Source: Amphiscolops sp. MND2022
Taxonomy: Eukaryota
Assembly (NCBI GenBank): GCA_964187785.1
Contig: OZ076409.1
Span: 73,534,001 to 73,598,000, forward strand
Reading direction: 5' to 3'
Length of the DNA stretch: 64,000 nucleotides
The notes below the pieces were generated by a model. It was not told the origin of the DNA. It saw nothing but the letters and a program-made list of their open reading frames with translations, and searched no databases. Shown here one piece after another: positions 39,001 to 49,258 of the stretch (its first letter is position 1; every line of letters starts with the position of its first letter). Made by a program: the position numbers and the translations under genes.

Positions 39001-40031
39001 CAGCTTCCAGTCAAAATACGACATTCATAGACAATCATACAATCACTCCCCAAAGGCTTTTGCTTTACAGAGGAGCACTTTTGAGATTCACAGCCAATGT
39101 TCCAACCATAAATGCCAGACAGGGTCAGTTGTGTCTCCTTCTGCAATTTCCTGATTCTACAGCAACAACTTTGAATGTTTTGATTGCACCACCTGGATGC
39201 CGTGCTGCTACTTCTACGGACGAAACCTGTTTGCTAGCTTCTGGTTGGCAGAAAGTTAAGGTATCAAAAGTATTCACACCCGTCATAACAAACAAAAGTA
39301 CCTTTCTGCGCAGATACTCTTTTCCCTTGAAAAATTACGTCGCCTCCACGATTCACAAGTGTTTGGGAGATACCTTCCCTAAAATTGTATCGAAGGTTTC
39401 GCTTAATGAATCCAGTTACAAAATTTGGGAAAAGGAGCAACTGTTGGTTCTCCTCAGTCGGGTAAGCAAGCTAGAGGACATTACCTTCATTGGAACTGAA
39501 TCTGATCTTCTAGCAACCTTGACTGCCGTCATACAAAAGGAATCTTGTTGGAGCCACTTCATCAACAGTCTACTTCTAACACTCGCTTCACCTACTACGA
39601 CTCACACTTCGACTTTTAATGTGCTGACTACAAACTTTCAACCTTGGAACATCGTTCTGCCTGATGATAACACTGGTTTCGTCTACATTCTAGTTAGCAC
39701 GAAAATTACCAACGTATTTTACATTGGGGAAACAGTTTGTCTACGGCGAAGACTACGCGAACATAACTCTGGCCAAGGAGCGGAATCAACACGACCCATA
39801 GAAAGAAGGCCATGGGCTGTTCTAGCATTTGTGACTGGGTTTTGCACAACAAACATGTTAACTAACATGCGACAGCGAAAAGAACTTGAGAGAACTCTGA
39901 ATTACCAAGCATCGCTGATAGGACCGAACATTGCAGTGCCAAGCATTTTCCGTGTGATACAAGATTGCGTAGTATCGTACTCATCCGCCAATGAACTTAA
40001 TCTGAAAGTTATCCAATGTGGTAATATTTAA
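33033..40031 (+). CDS. Helitron-type Rep/helicase transposase (HUH Rep + Pif1-like SF1B helicase) with Cys-rich N-terminus and C-terminal GIY-YIG nuclease, ~2332 aa from the first ATG
   Basis: Uninterrupted 7-kb ORF (the track starts at TTG 32994; first ATG is 33033). Rep motifs FFLTLTCN, YRYEFQSTKGNLPHIHAVIW and YIAKY; helicase motifs GRPGSGKT, FIDEVGQL, GDPKQLKP, ASTIHKCLG and LLSRV; C-terminal GFVYIL...FYIGET...RRRLREHN. Confidence 0.93.
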   Translation: MSTRGRGRPTRNRGSRKTCSRCSSFVRSDLTLCSRCSSTDVQLPNGNEDEPHSSNVEEISATQQFVTCSLCSSNEQTNGNLCADCSPFVLPECTSVECQKCRRIPSTPLKTATIGEIKVTQFGCRLSRTSHDLINLCDECFHFSTGGSSWKNAWPAVILDFLIGKFSGLVSNKPFHSVLPQSMLQQYQHLRQNIGDPDRVFNDLTPKLSTFKNLKQSLKVEDVKAAHNTFCFPEVRCPFGCSEFVGQTGTVPFHYFLNKLDPNFKFKVTNWKLRLRCVRPDWLTSYIHNDMFIIKPHVVIDNVKGLCIATCSFHNGGSNKLFVHPPCNPTGRLPSRNSDRLGPATITYNSYKPAKPNYSSHTYSMGVAKGGFTGISSTTIGCKRKWDIAFGMKEVSRESLCCNNRSDIKPLLQKLVKQGELSQNLCDSISSADAMPECHEISNCLRNTTSVPLESSLAVKKLQESGIEVKYFPIFAHPFNNYGCDPPELAIVNCERLYLWNFFVMFALSSSFHSSLLESTVQQSKELAKTFHQMFCEPGKSSSKKQKEDLTRSLESLSSNASGDFHRDITQLLTSITFCDIVSVNARDDVNSLLTNNNYKNIVIFTSNSRTGTHTSYLPDRVSSPNGNVTYELRSIAIKDGNTIKTVVRHGKQYNCWWTYSSNSYQPLQINVDDVTLMGQIHSNWITCHFEHVDSLKLREEKFRYLEYLGGQGKFICNQHQIPLTVSSKKSNCTCSILANCLRKAAWQCPSSDCTSGVCRSHFKSDTQSERVFVHPTCNTIMADSVPRVETTEDPEQLVELSDTESEYDEFSFVHFATDSGGIDNSESLNATDSGDIPYVHESLQSNVPTHILLNTDCHVLQRHRYRNERNKSCSRILQNIVASTPGDSIPLIYPEATVFPTQYFHEQEDGTITGAVPSSLYNDKQTKRFHFAEIEDHKRTSLLNPNLLQSTDVRSIQTSFDTVFNKRLTFADTRLVLNRGFQEVNSKMSKTISPDNTRLQFDKADSRVRVNELASLLSEEPATFFLTLTCNQKEHFGVGPIFDALEEKYDRNNTEEWYGAVQAEIVLLTRAWYRSAEALMEYIEKSPDKPLGTVTKLWYRYEFQSTKGNLPHIHAVIWTRESIDELKYKVSCSGSSALFELKKLANETELIQTNDVMEIWNDLMTVQTHSCEKAGFRCHKVTKEDGSTICRVPRYPFSSEYKWRKVPSCHSEEALEKLFFLDLAVPSQSRDNTYDITNLLQGGKHEYPASTNEHLSPFNTLLFLLTKSSQNLQLCDEYLSARYIAKYAAGIEERADAHVDPITFKDIKVQTNGIKNIKISGSKLRSNITERKTLVQIIPLVESIWWLLEFNYVYSSVTFVHMNTHEKSERASIVKNTSRNQTTVSLPLHVTKLSTFPPHRNYTQSQLLLLEDHLASDYTTCKMSIFSGRPPALLFVDNPKLYFTWFQRKQLKNPETKIKENANSSMWIDIFGFAVYLRRYYLDSFRDYIQKCRSEGHANLTRFEQDSTLTFLQTDTHGLKTIEDRPVQVVTSNILPISPQKFLIHYVLSYGRFETEIDLFNNASMIDVFQHCKLLLRKSSYTQQDALPLIRNYVLDELKYLPGASRSFDRHLLASFELFTNLVTNNQIYTEALPSVLHTAIHENASHAYNVFNAQKKERCVQACLLNPPLAPLQPYQTQLLNATRRNPFLFDYPFPRAEGQSEDSYMFQQQVFDVCSERLDTYVNGSQGFVKHQMFLGRPGSGKTLVCTMLFIKAVSKGLNCSITCLSGERAQQLGGEHIHKMFKFKVNHSLVPEVMASQSVKCLLRDVTRFTDLERLEVLFIDEVGQLNAELLCAMELVLQNVRDNKLPMGGVLTLFTGDPKQLKPPDGSLVWLSPKMLTNFEFHYFLHYVRAVPGLLREILSKLDETNIGETEAAALARIIISNCVIKANWDDENNTFAMRVFSTRAAEKTAVAQHSERILNDVNCPSIIFAAQDEQSSTGSSIWLPASSQNTTFIDNHTITPQRLLLYRGALLRFTANVPTINARQGQLCLLLQFPDSTATTLNVLIAPPGCRAATSTDETCLLASGWQKVKVSKVFTPVITNKSTFLRRYSFPLKNYVASTIHKCLGDTFPKIVSKVSLNESSYKIWEKEQLLVLLSRVSKLEDITFIGTESDLLATLTAVIQKESCWSHFINSLLLTLASPTTTHTSTFNVLTTNFQPWNIVLPDDNTGFVYILVSTKITNVFYIGETVCLRRRLREHNSGQGAESTRPIERRPWAVLAFVTGFCTTNMLTNMRQRKELERTLNYQASLIGPNIAVPSIFRVIQDCVVSYSSANELNLKVIQCGNI
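36099..36905 (+). other. HUH (Y2) rolling-circle initiator catalytic core within the large ORF
   Basis: Motif I TFFLTLTCN (~36102-36128), motif II H-I-H (36369-36377) and motif III Y-I-A-K-Y (36882-36896), in the order known for Helitron Rep. Confidence 0.9.
38241..39480 (+). other. Pif1-like helicase domain within the large ORF
   Basis: Walker A GRPGSGKT (38247-38270), GGEHIHKMF, Walker B FIDEVG, PMGG..GDPKQLKP, FPLKNYVASTIHKCLGDT and QLLVLLSRV. Confidence 0.9.
39675..40028 (+). other. GIY-YIG endonuclease domain, SLX1-like, fused in frame at the C-terminus
   Basis: GFVYILVS-x6-FYIGET-x3-RRRLREHNSGQGAEST-x5-RPWAVLAFVTGF...KELE follows the SLX1/GIY-YIG pattern VY.L.S...YIG.T....RRL.QHN...GA..T...RPW.....V.GF...E, recognised by eye. 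Confidence 0.82.
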
Positions 40032-40042
40032 ATATATTTCTG

Positions 40043-40084
40043 CGCTTGCCCGGATCGCGCAGTGATCCAAGGGCAAGCGTCTAG
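40043..40084 (+). other. GC-rich hairpin followed by CTAG, 11 nt after the stop codon
   Basis: CGCTTGCCC-GGATC-gcgcagt-GATCC-aa-GGGCAAGCG, then T-CTAG. A possible poly(A) signal ATTAAA lies at 40169-40174. Confidence 0.7.
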
Positions 40085-42429
40085 ATACTCATTACAATTT
40101 GCTCATGTTGCCCTCTTTTGTTATCTTCATGTAAAACTGTTGCTTTGAATTGTTGCTATTGTAAAACCATTAAACTTTAACTTACAGCTCCATATCCTCA
40201 ACTTCGTCGACAGATTTTTTCTTTGAATTACTACTTGAAAGCTCCTTCAATTACTACCTTTTCATATATTGGTTATTTCACAATCTCTTTTCGTCATTCG
40301 AAGTTCCAGTGTCTTTATTTAACGAATTTTGCTCAACAAACTGCTGATGGGCCTTTTACTTCGAAATTGTTCGGCAATTCGCTATTTTATCACACATGTT
40401 ATCATCGCACTCCTCTTCTCAACACGCTGACATTGATGGGGCTGGTGTCTGACCCGCAAGGGTGGTAACAGTGCCAATACCTCACTTTGTTTTGCCCAGA
40501 GAAGCTTCAATTTTTTGCCGATCCCTCGTAAAGCTTTTGTTTCCCCCATAATGTCTGTTTCCAGTCCACGCTTTACATTGTTTGTGCTAACTCTGCATTG
40601 ACTTGCATCATCTGGAATGAAGAAATCTGAATATAGTACATGGTTCAAACTTAACTCGAATAAATCTCAAAAAAAATTGAGGTTTTTTCTCATAAATTCT
40701 CAGGATTTTTCTTGATAAAATCTCTTTTACAAAATAAAAGAATCTAAAATGTTATAATTAACCCTAAAAAATATCTAATTTGCTTGAAGATTTGAGTTTT
40801 ATTATTTGAGGATTTAGGAGTTTTTCTCGTATTTTATTCAAAAGATAGTCATCAGTAATTAAAGTTATGATCGATTTCTCTAAACATGTTTTAACTTTTT
40901 TATGAAGAAAGTGACAGTGAATATATGTAGAGTTAGTTTCATCTCTTTGGTCAACACGGGATTATTATCAGTCATTTTGAATCATAATTTATTTTGTTAT
41001 CAGTAACAATTTTGAATTAGACTTCTCCATTACGATTCAGCCTAAAATAGGCGTTATATGAAAAGTTCAGTAGGTAAGTTTTTTGTTTAATTATTAAAGT
41101 TGGATGACAGTTTCGTTCTTTATCATCAAAAAACAAATTGCTGCAACAGTGTTTGCAATAAAAGTTATTGGGGACAGGTCAAAACATTTTTACTTTCTTT
41201 GTTTGAACCATAGAACGATCAGCTAAAGTGTTTCCTGTTGGAAAAGGAAAACCGTCAATCGGGACACAGTTAAACGATGTTTCCTGTTCGTCCGACTTCA
41301 CTTACCCTCCGCCAAACGCTCAAGTATTCGAATGTTTGCATGGAAACTTTTTGTTCATAATGGATACTGCTTTCAAGTATCGATTATTGATGACAAATTG
41401 ACTTTTTGATGAAGGGACTTTTTGATGAAAATGAATAAAAGAAAAAACATTGAGCGATCATGCTTCAACTCACTTGTCATTTCTGTCATCCATATCACAC
41501 AATTCAAGCACTTCCTTCATTGGTCGCACCCATGATACTCCAATCAAAAAACCAGTTTTTTAAATTGATAATATGTTCAAACAGTGTCGGACGCAAAGAG
41601 AGTCGAAAATAAGTTTTTTGAACTGGCCATTTTTCATAATTCTTTGCAAACGATTCTATTACAGCTTTATTCTCCCTAGCTTCATTCGTCAACATTTATC
41701 TCTAGAAGTGATGAACTCACGCGCATAACTAGTATCAGACCTGCCTTCAATACCGATATGTCCGTCTTGCAGCTACTGTTGCTTCCTTTTGAACTTCATC
41801 TTTGAATAAAGAACTGTTGTACATAACTCTTCATTGCATCCTGAAAATGACTCCAGCTGAAACAAGTTAAACTTTTATTTTCTTTGTTGCTCGCATTGTA
41901 AATAATATAAACAATTCGGTCATATGGTTTGAACAGATTAAAAAAAAAGAGCATTGCACCTATTGCAATGAACGCGGACATAAATACAAATTGAAGATTG
42001 AATTTTTCAAACCTCTGTTTTTAGCCATTCAAGTTGAAACTAGGAAATTAGATAAAGTAGGCTAAAGGCTAGTGTACAAAGTGTTAGTTCGTCTTTTTAG
42101 AGCCGTGAATCAGTTATAAATGCGCTCAAACTCTTTCTGTAAAACATAATGGAAACATAAAAATCTAAACAAGTGCTTAGCAACATAACTGTTCTTACTT
42201 TAATCATTTATGGAATTATTTTTTTTCCATTGCGTAGGAGAATCAATCAGTTACGTTATGTTCGAAATTGACGTCCCCATCTATTGCAACTAGAACGTCA
42301 GCTGCTATATGTGCATCAAGCCGACGTGCCAAACCATTTATCAACGCCCACCGTCCGTGGGCATGCCGAGGCATGCCCTTCGACGACGTATGCCAAATAC
42401 CTTAAAACCGACGCGCACTCTTTCGCTAG

Positions 42430-43821
42430 GTGGTTGGGGCGGTCCCCAGAACGCACAAGGAGGCGCGGGGAGGGTCCTGCGCCGACGTAGAATAATTTCA
42501 TATAATACTAGTATCCTACATGGGTGTTTTAGAGGCGATTTTGGAATCTAACCGTAGGATTTGGATAATTTTTTGCATGCGGCCATAACTCAAAATTCTA
42601 AGAACTTTTTCCTACTGTCATTTTCCCCGCAAATTGTTTTTTGTTGACTTATGGCCGAAAAACCGGAAATAACGTCCTTTTTAGACGTTATATCCGAAGT
42701 GTCGTCATAACTTTTTTCCAGGGCATGCTAGCGTTCTCGTTCACTTTTACAATTAGTTGCAGCATCTCAAAATACAACTGGTGGAAAATTTTGGTTGCAT
42801 TCGGATCACCCCCCACCGAGATAGAAGGGTTCCCCCCTCCAGTTTTACCCCCCAAATTTGCAAAATAGCCAATTTTGAGCATGAAGCCGAGGATTTAGCG
42901 TACCCATACCCTCCTGATGTTTTGTTGTACGTATTGGGGTCAATCTGACGACATGTGTGGTTTTCACCCCCAACCCCCCCCCCTTGGACCGGAAATGACA
43001 CTTTTTTGTGTTTTTTGGCAGAATTTAGCCTTTTTCATTATTAGGCAGTCGTTTTAGGGACTCCTAGCAGGATATCGAAATTGAAATACAACCTGATCAC
43101 AACCCAGTGACAACATAGTGGCCACTTGGAGGTATCATGATGACCGGAAGTGGGGTCAACCCCCCTTTTTGTGACCGCTTTTTGACCTTGTGCACCAAAA
43201 TGCCAACATCTTGAGGCCTAATGAGGCATTCAAATCTGTACCAAGATAAAATGTTAGACAACCGAAGTCCCGGAAGATCTTTAGCATATACCGGAAGTTA
43301 CCCCCCATGACCGGAAGTTACCCAATGTGACCGGAAATGGTCCAAAAATTAATGTAAAGTTGAGTTTTTCACTATTTCAAGACCACTTAATTGAAACTTT
43401 TCAATCTATAAACTAGCGTACTGGCTTGTTTTGCTGAATTTATGGAAATTGATGAGCTCTATCGCCCCCGATAGCCTTCGAAGTTGACCTTGCGTCAACT
43501 TTGTAGGCTATCGATAAAGAAAAATGAACAACAAAGTACATTGTTGCTCTCGTTTTTTTCCCGTTGTTTTTCCTCAAACATTCTTGAGACATATACATGG
43601 CCGTTAGTTGAAATCAATATTTAGCCCATGTTATAGCTGGAGCAGCGAAGCGTTACACAGACTAGTGTGGTTTTGAAATCACACTATTTAAATTAACAAC
43701 TGACCGTCTTAGTCAACTCCACACATTCATACCAACGCCCACCGTCTGTGGGCATGCCGAGGCATGCCCTTCGACGACGTATGACGAATCCACTCCAACG
43801 ACACCCGCAGTCCTCAGCTAG
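42430..43821 (+). mobile_element. Non-autonomous cassette family S, ~1.39 kb (also 43822-45210, 46482-47869, 47870-49258)
   Basis: Head GTGGT(T/C)GGGGCGGTCCCCAGAACGCAC, type-2 long hairpin (43469-43513) and tail GACGAATCCA...CCCGCAGTCCTCAG-CTAG. Confidence 0.8.
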
Positions 43822-46800
43822 GTGGTCGGGGCGGTCCCCAGAACGCACATGGAGGCGCGGGGAGGGTCCTGCGCCGACGTAGAATAATTTCATAAAATAC
43901 TATTATCCTACATGGGTGTTTTTGAAGCGATTTTGGAACCTACCCGTCAAATTTGGATAATTTTTTGCATGCGGCCAAAACTCAAAATTCTAAGAACTTT
44001 TTCCTACTGTCATTTTCCCCGCAAATTGTTTTTTGTTGACTTATGGCCGAAAAACCGGAAATAACGTTCTTTTTAGACGTTATATCCGAAGTGTCGTCAT
44101 AACTTTTTTCCAGGGCATGCTAGCGTTCTTGTTCACTTTTACACTTAGTTGCAGCATCTCAAAATACAACTGGTGGAAAATTTTGGTTGCATTCGGATCA
44201 CCCCCCACCGAGATAGAAGGGTTCCCCCCTCCAGTTTTACCCCCCAAATTTGCGAAAAAGCCAATTTCGAGCATGAAGCCGAGGATTTAGCGTACCCGCA
44301 CCCTTCTGATGTTTTGTCGTACAAATTGGGGTCAATCGGATGACATGTGTGATTTTCACCCCCAACCCCCCCTGGGACCGGAAATGACGTTTTTTGTGTT
44401 TTTTGGCAGAAATTAGCCTTTTTCATTATAAGGCAGTCGTTTTAGGGACTCCTAGTAGGATATCGAAATTGAAATACAACCTGATCACAACCCAGTGACA
44501 ACATGTTGGCCATTTGGAGGTACCATCAAGACCGGAAGTGGGGTCAACCCCCCTTTTTGTGACCGCTTTTTGACCTTGTGCACCAAAATGCCAACAACTT
44601 GAGGCCTAATGACGCATTCAAATCTGTACAAAGATTGAATGTTAGACAACCAAAGTCCCGGAAGATCTTTAGCATATACCGGAAGTTACCCCCCATGACC
44701 GGAAGGTACCCAATGTGACCGGAAATGGTCCAAAAAGTAATGTAAAGTTGAATTTTTAACTATTTCCAGACCACTTCATTGAACATTTTCAATCCCAAAA
44801 CTAGCGTACTGGCTTGTTTTGCTGAAGTTATGGAAATTGATGAGCTCTATCACCCCCGATAGCCTTCGAAGTTGACCTTGCGTCAACTTTGGAGGCTATC
44901 GATTCTGAAAATGAACAACAGAGTTCATTGTTGCTCTCGTTTTTTTTCCGTTGTTTTTCCTCAAACATTCTTGAGACATATACATGGCAGTTAGTTAAAA
45001 TCAATTTTTTAGCCCATGTTATAGCGGGAGTAGCAAAGCGTTACACGGGCTAGTGTGGTTTTGAACTTACATTATTTTAAAATAAAAAAAGACCGTCTTA
45101 GTCAACGCCACACTTTCATAGCAACGCCCACCGTCTGTGGGCATGCCGAGGCATGCCCTTCGACGACGTATGACGAATCCACTTCCACGACGCCCGCAGT
45201 CCTCAGCTAGGTGGCCGCGTCTTTTAGATGGACTTTTAGCCCTGAGGCGCGGGTAGGGTCCTGCGCCGAGCTGGTGAAAATATACTACGTCCAAATCGCC
45301 CGTTCCGGAAACGATCTCGAAAACTGACCGTTAGAAATTCCTGAAAATTTGCATGTGGCCCCCAATTGGCGAGCAATGAAAAAGTGTAGGAGGTCATTTT
45401 TCCCAAATTCCACTGTGAGACGAGATATATGAAAAAAACGGACCCCAAAATGACGGAAATTTCACTTTTTGACCATTAATGGGACATTATCTCCCCAGGC
45501 AAGGCTCGGAGCAAAATTTGTCAGAACCCAAACCTGCAGCAGACTGTTAGAGCAGTACACACAGTAATTTTGAAAGAAATCCGATAATCACATGTTGAGA
45601 AATTGACGTTTTTCCGGCGAAATTTCTAGCAAATGCAGTCTATCTCTGCCGTTTTTTGCCCAAAATTTTTCCGAGACACTCGCCTAAAGGCCTCCCCTGG
45701 CCGGTTTACCTCCCAAAAAAACCATTTGGCCCTAAATACGAGGTTTCAGCGTTCTAGCTTTTCCCAGTAAAAAGTTATGGGACTTAGAAGTTTTTCAAAA
45801 CTTTTCAAAATTTTTCTAAAAAAGTTCAGGCCGCCCAAAGTGAAGAAACTTCCACACAACTAGTATTGCAAGTGAATGCATGTGGAAAGCCCTGCACTTG
45901 ACGAGAAAAATGCCGTTTAGAACGTCTTTTTATCTCAACTTGATGTTGACTTATGATCTTTTGAGTAGCGTATAACACGTGATCACAGTAGTGAAAACCC
46001 TAATTTTCAAAAATTTTCGAACAATAACGCATGAAAAGAACCTAGAAAAGGTTCCGATGGGTCAGTTGGGATGTCTGAAGCTTGTGTACATTCCCGTAGT
46101 GTATAGCGGATGTATTTGGGACTTATTAGAAATTGTGATATGTTTTATACAAGTCTTTGTTTCTCTTAGAATCTTATGCAGTTGAGTACATTCCATCTCC
46201 CTCTCAGGGGAGATGTGAATGTACGTTTGTCAAATGCCTTGTATATTTCACATCTTTGATGGATTCAAATACCTAAACAAGTGTGATTTGCGTTTGCCGA
46301 ACCACTGCGACAAAATACCCTAAATCTATAGCGAGATTGTATGGTTTTTGTCTTTAGTGTTTCGTCTTGTGTAGCCGACTTCCACATCCAAATATCAACG
46401 CCCGCCGTCCGTAGGCATGCCGAGGCATGCCTTTCGACGACGTATGCCAAATACCCAATGCCACGCTGTCATTATCGCTAGGTGGTTGGGGCGGTCCCCA
46501 GAACGCACAAGGAGGCGCGGGGAGGGTCCTGCGCCGACGTAGAATAATTTCATATAATACTAGTATCCTACATGGGTGTTTTAGAAGCGATTTTGGAATC
46601 TAACCGTAGGATTTGGATAAATTTTTGCATGCGGCCATAACTCGAAATTCTAAGAACTTTTTCCTACTGTCATTTTCCCCGCAAATTGTTTTTTGTTGAC
46701 TTATGGCCGAAAAACCGGAAATAACGTCCTTTTTAGACGTTATATCCGAAGTGTCGTCATAACTTTTTTCCAGGGCATGCTAGCGTTCTCGTTCAGTTTT

Positions 46801-49258
46801 ACACTTAGTTGCAGCATCTCAAAATACAACTGGTGGAAAATTTTGGTTGCATTCGCATCACCCCCCACCGAGATAGAAGGGTTCCCCCCTCCAGTTTTAC
46901 CCCCCAAATTTGCAAAAAAGCCAATTTTGAGCATGAAGCCGACAATTTAGCGTACCCGCACCCTTATGATGTTTTGTTGTACGTGTTGGGGTCAATCTGA
47001 CGACACGTGTGGTTTTCACCCCCAACCCCCCCTGGGACCGGAAATGACACTTTTTTGTGTTTTTTGGCAGAATTTAGCCTTTTTCATTATTAGGCAGTCG
47101 TTTTAGGGACTCCTAGCAGGATATCGAAATTGAAATACAACCTGATCACAACCCAGTGACAACATGTTGGCCACTTGGAAGTATCATCATGACCGGAAGT
47201 GGGGTCAACCCCCCTTTTTGTGACCGCTTTTTGACCTTGTGCACCAAAATGCCAACAACTTGAGGCCTAATGAGGCATTCAAGTCTGTACAAAGATAAAA
47301 TGTTAGACAACCGAAGTCCCGGAAGATCTTTAGCATATACCGGAAGTTACCCCCCAAGACCGGAAGTTACCCAATGTGACCGGAAATGGTCCAAAAATTA
47401 ATGTAAAATTGAATTTTTCACTATTTCAAGACCACTTCATTGAACATTTTCATTCCCAAAACTAGCGTAGTGGCTTGTTTTGCTGAATTTATGGAAATTG
47501 ATGAGCTCTATCACCCCCGATAGCCTTCGAAGTTGACCTTGCGTCAACTTTGGAGGCTATCGATACTGAAAATGAACAACAAAGTACATTGTTGCTCTCG
47601 GTTTTTTCCCGTTGTTTTTCCTCAAACATTCTTGAGACATATACATGGCCGTTAGTTGAAATCAATATTTAGCCCATGTTATAGCTGGAGCAGCGAAACG
47701 TTACACAGACTAGTGTGGTTTTGAAATTACATTATTTAAATTAACAACTGACCGTCTTAGTCAACTCCACACATTCATACCAACGCCCACCGTCTGTGGG
47801 CATGCCGAGGCATGCCCTTCGACGACGTATGACGAATCCACTCCAACGAAACCCGCAGTCCTCAGCTAGGTGGTCGGGGCGGTCCCCAGAACGCACATGG
47901 AGGCGCGGGGAGGGTCCTGCGCCGACGTAGAATAATTTCATAAAATACTATTATCCTACATGGGTGTTTTGGAAGCGATTTTGGAACCTACCCGTCAGAT
48001 TTGGATAATTTTTTGCATGCAGCCATAACTCGAAATTCTAAGAACTTTTTCCTACTGTCATTTTCCCCGCAAATTGTTTTTTGTTGACTTATGGCCGAAA
48101 AACCGGAAATAACGTCCTTTTTAGACGTTATATCCGAAGTGTCGTCATAACTTTTTTCCAGGGCATGCTAGCGTTCTCCTTCACTTTTACACTTTGTTTT
48201 AGCATCTCAAAATACAACTGGTGGAAAATTTTGGTTGCATTCGGATCACCCCCCACCGAGATAGAAGGGTTCCCCCTCCAGTTTTACCCCCCAAAACTGA
48301 GAAAATACCAATTTTGAGCATGAAGCCGTGGATTTAGCGAATCCTCACCCCCCTGATGTTTTGTCGGACATGTTAGGGTCAATCTGGTGACATGTGTGGT
48401 TTTCACCCCCAACCCCCCCCTGGGACCGGAAATGACACTTTTTTGTGTTTTTTGACAAAAATGAGCCTTTTTGATTAGTAGGGAGTCGTTTTTGGGCCTC
48501 CTAGCAGGATATCGAAGTTGAAATACAACTTGATCACAACCCAGTGACAACATGTTGGCCAGTTGCAGGTACCATCATGACCGGAAGTGGGGTCAAACCC
48601 CCCTTTTTGTGACCGCTTTTTGACCTTGTGCACCAAAATGCCAACAACTTGAGGCCTAATGACGCATTCAAATCTGTACAAAGATAGAACGTTAGACAAC
48701 GGAAGTCCCGCAAGCTCTTTAGCATATACCGGACGTCACCCCCCATGACCGGAAGTTGTCCAATATGACCGGAAATGGTCCAAAAATTCATGTAAAATTA
48801 ACTTTTTCACTTATTGAAGACCACTTCGTTGAACATTTTCAATCCCAAAACTAGCGTACTAGCTGGTGGCGTTGAATTTATGGAAATTGAGGAGCTTTAT
48901 CACCCCCGATAGCCTTCGAAGTTGACCTTGCGTCAACTTTGGAGGCTATCGATTCTGAAAATGAACAACAAAGTACTTTGTTGCTCTCGTTTTTTTTCCG
49001 TTTTTTTCCTCAAATATTGTTGAGACATACACATGGCCGTTAGTTAAAATCAATATTTTAGCCCATGTTATAGCGTGAGTAACGAAGCGTTACACAGGCT
49101 GGTGTGGTTTTGAACTGTAATTATTTTAAAATAAAAAAGACCCTCTTAGTCAACTCCACACATTCATACCAACGCCCACCGTCTGTGGGCATGCCGAGGC
49201 ATGCCCTTCGACGACGTATGACGAATCCATTCCAACGACACCCGCAGTCCTCAGCTAG

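Larger units (their letters stand above)
30385..42429 (+). mobile_element. Putative autonomous Helitron-like (rolling-circle) element, 12045 bp, occupying one slot of the array
   Basis: Bounded by CTAG|GTG at 30381-30387 and 42426-42432. The first ~730 bp are nearly identical to cassette 26557-27832, and the last ~90 bp carry the conserved core (42341-42391), tail and CTAG. Contains the intact Rep-helicase ORF. Confidence 0.85.

Noticed and set aside
30385..42429. Host PIF1 or SLX1 gene, or a viral/Polinton insertion
   Set aside because: The intronless fusion with an HUH Rep and the repeat-matched ends indicate a Helitron-like element; there is no capsid, polymerase or integrase ORF.
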